Below are positions 28,660 through 37,570 of a stretch of DNA of 64,000 bases, piece by piece. The notes below the pieces were generated by a model. That model saw only the letters and a program-made list of their open reading frames with translations. It was not told the origin of the DNA and made no database searches. The number at the start of each line of letters is the position of its first letter. Position 1 is the stretch's first letter. The DNA lies in contig JBBSXC010000001.1 in the NCBI GenBank assembly GCA_038045945.1, forward strand, positions 1-64,000. Direction: 5' to 3'. The position numbers and the translations under genes are program-made. This stretch comes from Nanobdellota archaeon. Its GTDB lineage: Archaea > Nanobdellota > Nanobdellia > Pacearchaeales > GW2011-AR1.

Positions 28660-29141
28660 TTTCTAATTATACTATTGATAAGAAGAACGCTAGGGCTTTC
28701 CGTCTTGTTAAGGATGATATTAATCGTATATTTATGGTTCTTGATTCTATTAAGCGCGATCTTGCTCGCTTAAAGGGTTCTGATATTGAGGTTACTGATC
28801 AACTCATTGGCCTTAATCAGTCTTTGATTAATGTTAAGCATTCTACTGATGAGGCTTTGAAAGGTGCTGAGACTGCTAAGGAAGAGGCTAAAGAAGCTTT
28901 AGAGGGAGTGGAAGAGGCGGTTGAAGATGTTAAGAAGTTTAAGCCTAAAACCATCACCAAAGTCGTTTATAAGAAAGGTTCCAAGTCTACTAAGTTTATT
29001 GCTGCTAAGGAAGGTAAAAAGTTCCATGTTCCTTCTTGCCCTTTTGCTAAGAATATTTTACCTAAGAAGCGTATAGTTTTCAAATCTAAGGATTCCGCAT
29101 TGAACAATGGATTTAAAGAATGTAAATGTTTGTTGAATTAA
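28656..29141 (+). CDS. Coiled-coil protein with C-terminal Ada-like metal-binding domain
   Basis: KFHVPSCPFAKNI...A...GFKECKC. Confidence 0.75.
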   Translation: MISNYTIDKKNARAFRLVKDDINRIFMVLDSIKRDLARLKGSDIEVTDQLIGLNQSLINVKHSTDEALKGAETAKEEAKEALEGVEEAVEDVKKFKPKTITKVVYKKGSKSTKFIAAKEGKKFHVPSCPFAKNILPKKRIVFKSKDSALNNGFKECKCLLN

Positions 29142-29154
29142 GAAGTTTTTATTT

Positions 29155-29604
29155 ATGGCGGCTATTCATCATAGGGAACTTAGGGATATTGCTGGTTATT
29201 TTCTCGATGTTTTGAGACCTAAAGGGATTATTGATACTCAAACACTTGAAGTTTTTTGTAAAAGGCATGAAAGATTGTCTGCAAGCAGTAGTGGAGGAGT
29301 TCAGTTTGGCACGGACAATCATGACGAAGCAGGTTCCACTACTTACAGGGCCACTTATCATAACCCCCATACTAGCTCTATTATTGATTTAAGGGTTAAT
29401 AGCAGGTCTGGTACTATGTGTGTTGTTAAGACAACTTATGCTCTTCAAAATTATATTCCTAAGAAAAAACGTGACCCTAATGATCAGAATAAATGGGTTG
29501 ACGTTGTTGACAGGGATGGAAACACTTCGAGGTTTAGAATTCTTGATAGTTCAAATGGCGACTTTTCTTTAGCTTTTTCAGAATTGGAGAGGTTAGCAAG
29601 ATAA
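29155..29604 (+). CDS. Hypothetical protein (tandem paralogue A)
   Basis: 149 aa, similar to the next ORF. Confidence 0.65.
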   Translation: MAAIHHRELRDIAGYFLDVLRPKGIIDTQTLEVFCKRHERLSASSSGGVQFGTDNHDEAGSTTYRATYHNPHTSSIIDLRVNSRSGTMCVVKTTYALQNYIPKKKRDPNDQNKWVDVVDRDGNTSRFRILDSSNGDFSLAFSELERLAR

Positions 29605-29606
29605 TA

Positions 29607-30044
29607 ATGGCTAGAAAGATTCCTCAGTCAGAAGTTTTTAATGCTGCTAGAAATATTTTGGAAGTTTTTGTTACTGAGGGCGTTATTGATAATTCTTCTT
29701 TGTCTGATCTTTGTTCTCGTTCTCTTTCTAGACCTGTAAACGTTGGAGGCGACCTTGATTCTGTTACCTTCTCTTTAAAGCGCTCTAATCTTGGCACTAA
29801 AGCTTTAACTGTTTCTTATGCTGTTCATCATTCAGGCGGTATTCCCATAGAAGTGATAGTTAATCCTTTATTAGGCTACTTTCAGGTTTTTGTTAAATGT
29901 AATGAGTTTATCCCTGGTTACACTCAATTTCTCCCTCATCAGCAACTCGACCCTAATAATATTACGCAATCGAAAGCTGTTTTAACAAGTGCTGATTATC
30001 ATCTTTGGCGTGCTGAATTAGAGTTTTTAAGTAAGCTTTCTTAA
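29607..30044 (+). CDS. Hypothetical protein (tandem paralogue B)
   Basis: 145 aa, similar to the previous ORF. Confidence 0.65.
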   Translation: MARKIPQSEVFNAARNILEVFVTEGVIDNSSLSDLCSRSLSRPVNVGGDLDSVTFSLKRSNLGTKALTVSYAVHHSGGIPIEVIVNPLLGYFQVFVKCNEFIPGYTQFLPHQQLDPNNITQSKAVLTSADYHLWRAELEFLSKLS

Positions 30045-30772
30045 AATAACTTTTTTTGTTTATCGCCGCTAGGTGATGATTCTTTCTTTTTTTGTTCTAC
30101 TGCTATCTTTTTTGTGTCTATTCCTAAAATATTTTTTAGTGTTTGCCAGTGTTCTCTAAATATTCCTAAGTGTTTGTATTCTTCGTAATGTTTTTTTATG
30201 AATTGTACTGTTTTTGGATCGCTTGGGTATCCGCTTCCGAAGTCTTCTTTTATTTCTTTCTTTATTTTTTCTATTTCTGCGTCTCTTGTTACTTTTGCTA
30301 TAATTGAACCAGCACTTACTGATACATAATTTGCGTCTGCTTTGTGTTCGCATATGAATTTCATTCCCTTAGTGTTTCCTACTAGTTCTTTTACTTTTAT
30401 TAGCCAGCTATTAGTGTTTATTGATGGGCAGTCTAAGACTACTGTGAATTCTAGATCAAGATATTTTTTTCTTGTTTTGTTTATTATTTTTGCTGCTGCT
30501 ATTGCTTCTATAAAGTTAAGGTTTATTCCTTCGCTCATCATGTCGCTTATTTCTTTTGCTGTTAATACTTCATATTCGTAATTTTTAGATATTTTTTTTA
30601 TTTCTTCTAGTATTTTCTCTCTTCTTGTTGCTGTTAGTAGTTTGCTGTCTTTTACCCCTAAGCTTTTTAGTGATTCCTCATCACTTTTTTCTATTAGGCA
30701 TCCTGCTAGTACCATTGGACCTATTACAGGCCCTCTCCCCGCGTCATCTATGCCTAATAAGTATTCTTCCAC
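30041..30772 (-). CDS. rnhB: Ribonuclease HII
   Basis: GIDDAGRGPVIGPMV, VKDSKLL, HKAD, SIIAKVTRD and GSGYPSDP; GTG start. Confidence 0.96.
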   Translation of the reverse strand: MEEYLLGIDDAGRGPVIGPMVLAGCLIEKSDEESLKSLGVKDSKLLTATRREKILEEIKKISKNYEYEVLTAKEISDMMSEGINLNFIEAIAAAKIINKTRKKYLDLEFTVVLDCPSINTNSWLIKVKELVGNTKGMKFICEHKADANYVSVSAGSIIAKVTRDAEIEKIKKEIKEDFGSGYPSDPKTVQFIKKHYEEYKHLGIFREHWQTLKNILGIDTKKIAVEQKKKESSPSGDKQKKLF

Positions 30773-30833
30773 GGAATTGCTTTATCCTCAGTGATTTATA
30801 AGTTTATAGAATAAGAAGTTTCGTCATTTTAAG

Positions 30834-31583
30834 ATGAAAATAATAGTTTTTAATAATAAAAGACTTTATATTTACATGCATTTGTCCTACGACCTCACTC
30901 CCGTTGAGAGAATAAAGGGGTTAGTTATACCTCAAGAAATTAATGAAGATCTCGCTTATTTTTGCGGCGTTTTAGCAGGCGATGGAAGTATAGGTTATAA
31001 CGCCAAGAAAAAGCATTGGTGGATTAAATGTATAGGCAATCCCAGAGATGAAATGGAATTTTATGATTATCAAATAAAAACTCTTATAAAAAAGTTGTTC
31101 AATCTCGATGTTAAGATGAAACTTCACGATAGAGGAACTTGTTATGGTTTTACTATTAGTTCTAGAAGTCTGGTCCGATACTTCACCGAATTTATTGGAT
31201 TACCATTAGGAAAGAAATATGATACCCTAAAGATACCTAACATCCTAATAAAAGGGGGATTAGTCAAACCATTTATTTGTGGTGTTGCCGATACAGATTT
31301 TCATTTGGCTATTAAAAGGAAGAATTATCCAGTCATAGTAGGCGTATCAAAAAGTAGGGCTTTTATTAATGAGATAGGAAATTTTCTTAAAGGATTAGAA
31401 TTTAATTTTTGTGTTTATAAAAGAAGTTATTATGACAAAAGATTTGGAAAGTCTACTGTTAATTATGCTATACAAATTTCTGGGCATAAGTTTTTTGGCA
31501 AATGGATGAAAGAAATTGGTTTGAAACATCCTAAAAACAAAGAAAAGATTAATTTTTTAGGGAATATAAATAGCGGAGGCTAG
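30834..31583 (+). CDS. Free-standing two-motif LAGLIDADG endonuclease-like protein
   Basis: LAYFCGVLAGDGS and FICGVADTDF motifs, GLPLGKK; the 3' end overlaps the tRNA. Confidence 0.8.
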   Translation: MKIIVFNNKRLYIYMHLSYDLTPVERIKGLVIPQEINEDLAYFCGVLAGDGSIGYNAKKKHWWIKCIGNPRDEMEFYDYQIKTLIKKLFNLDVKMKLHDRGTCYGFTISSRSLVRYFTEFIGLPLGKKYDTLKIPNILIKGGLVKPFICGVADTDFHLAIKRKNYPVIVGVSKSRAFINEIGNFLKGLEFNFCVYKRSYYDKRFGKSTVNYAIQISGHKFFGKWMKEIGLKHPKNKEKINFLGNINSGG

Positions 31584-31645
31584 ATTTGAACTAGCGATCT
31601 CAAGGTTATGGGCCTTGCGAGGACTCCTGGCTCCTCCACTCCGCT
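31571..31645 (-). tRNA. tRNA-Met (CAT), initiator type
   Basis: Cloverleaf AGCGGAG TG GAGG-AGCCAGGAGT-CCTC G CAAGG-CCCATAA-CCTTG AGATC GCTAG-TTCAAAT-CTAGC CTCCGCT A; A1-U72 pair; CCA not encoded. Confidence 0.93.
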
Positions 31646-31719
31646 ACATTGTATTATCGAGAACAGATAGTCTTTTAAATGTTACTTTATAATGATTAAA
31701 AGTTTATTGGAGAATCATA

Positions 31720-32061
31720 ATGTACTTACAATTTCATGGTAAATCTTTAGAGTATAATGGTAGCAGGCTTGGTTTGTACCTCCCTAATGATTCTGGTGCT
31801 TACTCCTTTGTTGAGTTGGAGCCTCAAAAAGTTGCATTGACTGCTCATAATCGCCCCAGGTGGAAAGCTATTAATGGTGCTAGGACTCTTCGCGATATGG
31901 CTTCTTCTCAGCTTAATCCTTCTACTTCCCCCGTTAGTTTTTCTTTAACTAATGGTCGTAGAGACATTATTGAGAATACTAAAGGTTTAGCTTCTAAAAT
32001 GCTTGCTCTTTTAGAAGAAAGGGAAAGAGAACATCAGGAAAGTTTGAGAAGAAAGCGCTGA
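31720..32061 (+). CDS. Hypothetical protein
   Basis: 113 aa ORF with an upstream ggag. Confidence 0.6.
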   Translation: MYLQFHGKSLEYNGSRLGLYLPNDSGAYSFVELEPQKVALTAHNRPRWKAINGARTLRDMASSQLNPSTSPVSFSLTNGRRDIIENTKGLASKMLALLEEREREHQESLRRKR

Positions 32062-32064
32062 TTA

Positions 32065-32364
32065 CTAACCAAATTTATATCCGTACTTTTTTAAGTCTAC
32101 TTTTCCTTTTGTTATTGTTATTCCTTCTTTTTTTAGCATTAATTCTTTTTTGTTTATTCCCCATGCGAATCCGTGTAGTTCTCCTTTACTATTTACTACT
32201 CTGTGGCATGGTACGACTGGTGCGTGCGGATTTCTGTTTAGTGCTCCCCCCACTGCTCTGTATCCTTTTGTTCCTATAACTCTTGCTATTTCTCCATAAG
32301 TTGTTACTTTTCCTCTTGGTACTTTTTTGCAATAATAATACACTTTTTCTGCTAATTTCATCAT
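32065..32364 (-). CDS. ogt: Methylated-DNA-protein-cysteine methyltransferase (single-domain MGMT)
   Basis: VPRGKVTTYGEIA, YRAVG and PCHRV active site. Confidence 0.9.
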   Translation of the reverse strand: MMKLAEKVYYYCKKVPRGKVTTYGEIARVIGTKGYRAVGGALNRNPHAPVVPCHRVVNSKGELHGFAWGINKKELMLKKEGITITKGKVDLKKYGYKFG

Positions 32365-32420
32365 TATTATAATAAACCTCAAAGTTTAAAACTCTTCATT
32401 TCTCTCATTATTTCATCAGT

Positions 32421-32503
32421 GCCTACATCGCGTAATGGTATCGCATCGGATTGCTAATCCGAGCCTCGTAAGAGGCCTCCAGGTTCGATTCCTGGTGTAG
32501 GCG
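32421..32503 (+). tRNA. tRNA-Ser (GCT)
   Basis: GCCTACA acceptor stem; TCGGA-TTGCTAA-TCCGA anticodon arm; long variable arm GCCTC-GTAA-GAGGC; CCAGG-TTCGATT-CCTGG; G73. Confidence 0.95.
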
Positions 32504-32576
32504 TCTTATCCTTTTTTTGCCGTAATATTTTTTTACAGCTATTATTTATATATTCATTATTCGTTCTTTTCTTTGT

Positions 32577-33257
32577 ATGAAGAAGTTGATTGTTCCTAGT
32601 AAGAAGGAGCCTTTTGTTGAGAAGTTTCATTTTTTTCTTTTGTGGTTTATTCGTGCTACTTTGTTATTTTCTGCTGGTAGGTCTTTTTTGTTAGGTAACT
32701 GGTACGTTTTTGGTATGTCGCTCTTTGCTTTAATGTTGACTTTTATTGTAGTTTTAGTTGAGCAGCGCTATAAGATTGATATACCAGCAGAGTTCAAAAT
32801 AGGAGTAGCATTCTTAATTTATGGTTCTATTTTTCTTGGTGAAGTTGTTAAGTATTATTCTACTTTTTGGTGGTGGGATCTTGCTCTTCACACACTAACT
32901 GGTGTTCTTGTTGGGCTTATTGGTTTTCTTATTCTTTTGGTTCTTTATAGGAGGCGCAATGTTGTTGCAGCACCTGGTAGTATAGCTTTGTTTTCTTTTG
33001 CTTTAGCTGCTGCTGTTGGTGGGGTTTGGGAAATTTTTGAGTTCTTAATGGACCAGTTTTTCGGCCTTAATATGCAAAAGTCAGGCCTTGTTGATACTAT
33101 GGGTGATATAATTGTTAATGATTTGGGCGCTTTACTTACTTCTTTAATTGGTTATTTTTATCTTAAGGGCGGGCAGATATCTTTTGTTAAGAGGATTGTT
33201 AAGCGTTTTAAGAAGGAGAATCCTAAAATTGCTAAAAACATTGTTAGTAGTGCTTAG
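32577..33257 (+). CDS. Membrane protein (DUF2238/YjdF-like)
   Basis: WWWDLALH, WEIFEF and DTMGDI motifs in a multi-TM protein. Confidence 0.7.
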   Translation: MKKLIVPSKKEPFVEKFHFFLLWFIRATLLFSAGRSFLLGNWYVFGMSLFALMLTFIVVLVEQRYKIDIPAEFKIGVAFLIYGSIFLGEVVKYYSTFWWWDLALHTLTGVLVGLIGFLILLVLYRRRNVVAAPGSIALFSFALAAAVGGVWEIFEFLMDQFFGLNMQKSGLVDTMGDIIVNDLGALLTSLIGYFYLKGGQISFVKRIVKRFKKENPKIAKNIVSSA

Positions 33258-33296
33258 CTAACAAACCTTTTTATACTAGTTTTTCTTACCTACATT

Positions 33297-33653
33297 ATGG
33301 TTGGTAAAGGAAAAGGTGCTGCAAGCGGTAATAAGTCTGATGATTCTAAAATTTTCGCTTTTTTATCTGTTCTTTTAAGCATTGTAGGATTCTTATTAGC
33401 TTATTTTGTTAAGAGGGATGACAAGTATGTAATGTTTTATGCTAAGCAAAGCCTAATAATATTTTTTGGTTGGATAATACTGTGGGTTGTTGGGATGGTT
33501 TTATGGATTGTGCCTATAGTTGGTTCAATGATACACTGGGTTTTGTACTTAGGACTAATAATTTTGTGGGTTATAGGACTAGTTTATTCTCTTAGTGGTG
33601 AGATGAAAGAGATACCAATAGTTGGTAAGTACGCTAATAAAATTAACTTATAA
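33297..33653 (+). CDS. DUF4870 family membrane protein
   Basis: DDKYVMFYAKQS and GEMKEIPIVGK. Confidence 0.8.
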   Translation: MVGKGKGAASGNKSDDSKIFAFLSVLLSIVGFLLAYFVKRDDKYVMFYAKQSLIIFFGWIILWVVGMVLWIVPIVGSMIHWVLYLGLIILWVIGLVYSLSGEMKEIPIVGKYANKINL

Positions 33654-33687
33654 AAAGATTTTTATAGTTGTTGATTATTACCTTATT

Positions 33688-33897
33688 ATGAAAGCTAAGT
33701 CTAGAAGTGTTGGAATAGTTTATAATGATTATAAGAATAAGTCTGGCGGTGCTGTTTACGGTTTGGGTTTTGTTGGAGCAGCTATTTATTATATAAGTCA
33801 AGCAGCAACTTTTTGGTCTGGGGTTTTAGGTTTGCTTAAAGCTGTTGTTTGGCCAGCTTTCCTTGTTTATGAGTCATTAAAGTTTTTGGGAGCATAA
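33688..33897 (+). CDS. Small membrane protein
   Basis: GAVYGLGFVGAAIYYI...LLKAVVWPAFLVY; start at ATG 33688. Confidence 0.75.
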   Translation: MKAKSRSVGIVYNDYKNKSGGAVYGLGFVGAAIYYISQAATFWSGVLGLLKAVVWPAFLVYESLKFLGA

Positions 33898-33958
33898 TTA
33901 TCATTTTTTGTTTTTTTATTAATAAAGGTTTATAAATTCTTAATCATTATTTTGTTCT

Positions 33959-34414
33959 ATGGACCCAACAAGTAATTTTGAGACGTTTAATAATGATAAG
34001 AAAGAGCCTATTACTGTTCAAGTAGCGATTAATAAGGATTCTAAGACTGTTTGGGAATTTTGGAAGAGTCCTGAGCATGTTAAGAATTGGTGTCATGCTT
34101 CTCCTGACTGGTACGCACCTAAGGCTACTAATGACTTAAAGGTTGGTGGAAAATTTAGTACTACTATGGCTGCTAGGGATGGAAGTGCAAGTTTTGATTT
34201 TGAAGGAGTTTACAAAAAAATTACTCCTTTCCGATTCATAGAGTATGATATGAGTGATGGAAGAAAAGTCATAGTCGAGTTTTTACCTGTTAATAACACT
34301 ACTAGGGTAATCCAGACTTTTGATCCTGAAAGTGAAAATCCTGTTAAGATGCAGAAGGATGGTTGGCAAGCGATACTTAATAATTTTAAGAAGTATGTTG
34401 AGAAGAATAATTAG
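33959..34414 (+). CDS. SRPBCC/AHSA1 domain protein
   Basis: NWCHASPDW, DLKVGGKF and GWQAILNNFKKYVE. Confidence 0.88.
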   Translation: MDPTSNFETFNNDKKEPITVQVAINKDSKTVWEFWKSPEHVKNWCHASPDWYAPKATNDLKVGGKFSTTMAARDGSASFDFEGVYKKITPFRFIEYDMSDGRKVIVEFLPVNNTTRVIQTFDPESENPVKMQKDGWQAILNNFKKYVEKNN

Positions 34415-34419
34415 GACGT

Positions 34420-35112
34420 TTATTTCATTTCTATAATTAGTATTTTTGTGTCTTTTTCTATCTCTAAAATGATTTCTTTTGCACTTGTTATTTCTGCTGC
34501 GTCTCCTTCTTCTAAACTATTATTTTCTAATATCGTTTTTCCTTTTATTACGAATAAGTATGCGTTGTTATGAGTCATTTTGTGACTTAACTTTTTGCTT
34601 TTTTCGAATGTTCCTATTAAGAATTTTGCTTCTTGATTAATAAAGACTGCAGGTTTATCTTTTTTGTCACCAGAGACTATTGTTGTTAATTCTTCTTTTT
34701 TTGCCTTAATCGTTTTTTGTTCGTATGATGGTTTAGTGTTTATTGTTTTTGGTTTCATCCATATTTGTAATAAGTGTACTTTTTCTTTTTTTGATGCGTA
34801 TTCTGAGTGTTTTATTCCTGTTCCAGCGCTCATTCTTTGTACTTCACCTGGTGTTATTATTCCGCTGTTGTCTTGGTTGTCTTTATGTATTAGTTCTCCT
34901 TCTAAAACTATTGATACTACTTCTGCATTGTCATGATGATGTGTCGGGAATCCTTTTCCTGCTTCTATGATGTCTTCATTAAAAACTATTAGGTCTCGAA
35001 AGTGCATATTTGCAGGGTTGTAATAGTTGCCAAAACTGAACGAGTGTTTGCTATCCAGCCAGTCCGTTACGGTTTTCCCCCTTTCTGATGATTTTCTTAT
35101 ATTAATATTCAT
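34420..35112 (-). CDS. Pirin family protein
   Basis: HSFSF, GFPTHHH, VQRMSAGTGIKHSE and LLQIW. Confidence 0.92.
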   Translation of the reverse strand: MNINIRKSSERGKTVTDWLDSKHSFSFGNYYNPANMHFRDLIVFNEDIIEAGKGFPTHHHDNAEVVSIVLEGELIHKDNQDNSGIITPGEVQRMSAGTGIKHSEYASKKEKVHLLQIWMKPKTINTKPSYEQKTIKAKKEELTTIVSGDKKDKPAVFINQEAKFLIGTFEKSKKLSHKMTHNNAYLFVIKGKTILENNSLEEGDAAEITSAKEIILEIEKDTKILIIEMK

Positions 35113-35148
35113 TATCTTATTAGTTTGTTAAGGTTTATTAAGCTCTTC

Positions 35149-35472
35149 ATGATTATAATAATCGTGGTTTCTTCAATTAGTGGTGATGTGTTAGTTGTTG
35201 ATGGGCTTAACAGTGTTTTTTCTAGCGTTCAGAAAGAGGTTGATTCCGGACTGGTTTTATTAACTGCTGATGTTTCTCTGAGTTGGGTTTTTCATAAAAC
35301 TCGTATTAATCGTACCGTTGATGGAGTTTCTGAACCTCCGGTTATTCAGGTTTGCCCTAAAGAAGAAAGGATTATTGTTTATGACGAATTATTTTCTGAT
35401 TTGGCAGTAAACATTAAGGAGTGTTTTTTTAGTAATGGTTATAATTATGCTATTAGTAGGCAAAGTTTTTAA
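35149..35472 (+). CDS. Hypothetical protein
   Basis: Fills the gap between pirin and alkD; start uncertain. Confidence 0.45.
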   Translation: MIIIIVVSSISGDVLVVDGLNSVFSSVQKEVDSGLVLLTADVSLSWVFHKTRINRTVDGVSEPPVIQVCPKEERIIVYDELFSDLAVNIKECFFSNGYNYAISRQSF

Positions 35473-35495
35473 TTGCTCTAAACATTAAATTTTTT

Positions 35496-36200
35496 ATGTC
35501 TCATGTTAATCATCTTCTTTCTTATATGAAGAGTCTTTCTGATAATAAGAGAGCTGTTTCTTCTACGCGTTTTTTTAAAACTGGTAAGGGCGATTATGGT
35601 GAGGGTGATAAGTTTTTAGGTCTTACTGTTCCTCAGTGTAGAATAATTGTTAAGGATTATTCTTCTTCTACCTCATTAGATGACATTAGCGTTCTTCTAA
35701 AAAGCGATTTTCATGAGGTTCGCCTTGTTGCTTTGCTTATTCTTGTTGATAAGTACGAAAAGTCCACTCTTGAGGCTAAGCCTTTCATTGTTGATTTTTA
35801 TTTGTCTAATACTTCTAGGATTAATAATTGGGACCTTGTTGATTCTACTGCTCACAAAATTCTTGGTGATTACTTATTAGACAAGGATAGAAGTATTCTT
35901 TACAAGTTAGCTAAGTCTAATAATTTGTGGGAGAAGAGGATTTCTATAGTTTCTACTTACACTTTTATTAGGAATAACGATTTTTTTGACGCTTTAAGGA
36001 TTTCCCAGATTCTTTTTAGTGATAATCATGATTTGATTCATAAGGCAACTGGTTGGATGTTGAGGGAGGTTGGTAAGAAGGATGAGCAAGCGCTTATTAT
36101 TTTTCTTGATAAGCATTATAAGACCATGCCTAGGACTGCTCTTCGTTACTCTATTGAGAGATTATCAAAAAAACAAAAAGATCATTACATGAAAAAGTAA
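35496..36200 (+). CDS. DNA alkylation repair protein (AlkD-like)
   Basis: FFKTGKGDYGEGDKFLG, INNWDLVD, HKATGWMLREVGK and MPRTALRYSIER. Confidence 0.92.
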   Translation: MSHVNHLLSYMKSLSDNKRAVSSTRFFKTGKGDYGEGDKFLGLTVPQCRIIVKDYSSSTSLDDISVLLKSDFHEVRLVALLILVDKYEKSTLEAKPFIVDFYLSNTSRINNWDLVDSTAHKILGDYLLDKDRSILYKLAKSNNLWEKRISIVSTYTFIRNNDFFDALRISQILFSDNHDLIHKATGWMLREVGKKDEQALIIFLDKHYKTMPRTALRYSIERLSKKQKDHYMKK

Positions 36201-36250
36201 TGTTGTTCTTTACAATAATGTTTAAAAACTAGAATAGTTATTTTCTTTTT

Positions 36251-36715
36251 ATGGGAATTGCGGAGATTGATGGTGATCTAAGTTTGGATGTTAATTTTAG
36301 CGGGGGTTTTACTGAGGAGGAGTTTTCTTCTTATCTTGATGAGTTGCATAAAAAAACAGGTTTCGAATTAAGAGCAACTATGAGTTATATTATTATTAGG
36401 GGCGATTCTTCGCCAAAACTTGCTGGTATGGAAAGAGTTGCTGATGGTTTGAGAAGGCAAACGGGTCAGAGGGTTAGGACTTTAGAGGTTATTTCGAGTG
36501 ATAGTAGAAGGACTTCTTTTGATGCCGTGGCTAATATTTTTGGAGAACCTTATGAGATGAGTGACGGTACTAACTCCAGGTGCAGGTATTACGGATTAAA
36601 CGTTATTATGAATGGACAGAATAGATCTTTACAAACTAATGCGGAAGTGGTTGAGGAGATTAGTTCTTTCACTAAGTCTTATAGACCAAGAGGTTTTTCT
36701 GGAAAAAGTTCCTGA
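36251..36715 (+). CDS. Hypothetical protein
   Basis: 154 aa ORF with an upstream TATA. Confidence 0.6.
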   Translation: MGIAEIDGDLSLDVNFSGGFTEEEFSSYLDELHKKTGFELRATMSYIIIRGDSSPKLAGMERVADGLRRQTGQRVRTLEVISSDSRRTSFDAVANIFGEPYEMSDGTNSRCRYYGLNVIMNGQNRSLQTNAEVVEEISSFTKSYRPRGFSGKSS

Positions 36716-36766
36716 TTTTACTGGAGAATAACTAAATTTATAAACTGTTATTATTAATTCTTCTTT

Positions 36767-37147
36767 ATGGAAAAGGATGTTGGTAAGGTTAAGAAGAATG
36801 CTGATACTGATATTATTATAAGAGTTGATGATTTTGGAGGTAAACCAGGCGTTACTATTAGAGAATTTGTTAATGGCGGTTCTGGTAAGTATTCTGGTTT
36901 TACTAAGTCAGGCACTAGAATATCTTTAGAAGAATTTCCTAAGTTTAAGGATTTGATAAACAGTATTGATATTGAGAGTTTGGATTTTTCTGATTCTACT
37001 CCTAAGATGCCTGAGAGAAAACCTTTTGTTAAGGGCGGTAATTCTTCTTATGGTGCTTCTAAACCCTCTTTTTCTGCTACTAAGAAGGAAGAGAAGGAAG
37101 TTGAGGATGATGATGCTGGAAGTGCTGATGGTGAAGAATACTACTAA
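36767..37147 (+). CDS. PC4/YdbC-like ssDNA-binding protein with acidic tail
   Basis: FGGKPGVTIREF...GFTKSGTRISLEEF; ends EVEDDDAGSADGEEYY. Confidence 0.7.
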   Translation: MEKDVGKVKKNADTDIIIRVDDFGGKPGVTIREFVNGGSGKYSGFTKSGTRISLEEFPKFKDLINSIDIESLDFSDSTPKMPERKPFVKGGNSSYGASKPSFSATKKEEKEVEDDDAGSADGEEYY

Positions 37148-37192
37148 TTTTTTCCTCTTAAGCTTTAAATACTTATTATCTTTAATCTTTTT

Positions 37193-37570
37193 ATGAAAGT
37201 TCGTGATATTATGAGGCCTGTTTTTACTATTGATTCTAAATCCTCTGTTGCTGATGCTGCGACACTTATGTCTAAGAATCATACTCACTCTGTGGTTGTT
37301 GTTAGTAATAACAAAATTGTTGGTATTCTAACTGAGGATGACGTTTTTGACAACCTTGATTCTTTAGATGAAAAAGTGGTTGATGTTATGATTAAGGAAG
37401 TTAAAACTATTAGTGATGGTGAAGAACTTTCTGAGGCTGCTGAGATTATGAATCGTGAAGGGGTTAAAAAATTGCCTGTTCTTAAGGGTGAAAAGCTTGT
37501 TGGTATGATTACAGCTACTGACTTAATTGCTCATGCTGGAGAATTGTCGGAAATATTCCTTTTTGATTAA
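37193..37570 (+). CDS. CBS domain pair protein
   Basis: KVRDIM, IVGILTEDD and KLPVL...LVGMITATD. Confidence 0.9.
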   Translation: MKVRDIMRPVFTIDSKSSVADAATLMSKNHTHSVVVVSNNKIVGILTEDDVFDNLDSLDEKVVDVMIKEVKTISDGEELSEAAEIMNREGVKKLPVLKGEKLVGMITATDLIAHAGELSEIFLFD

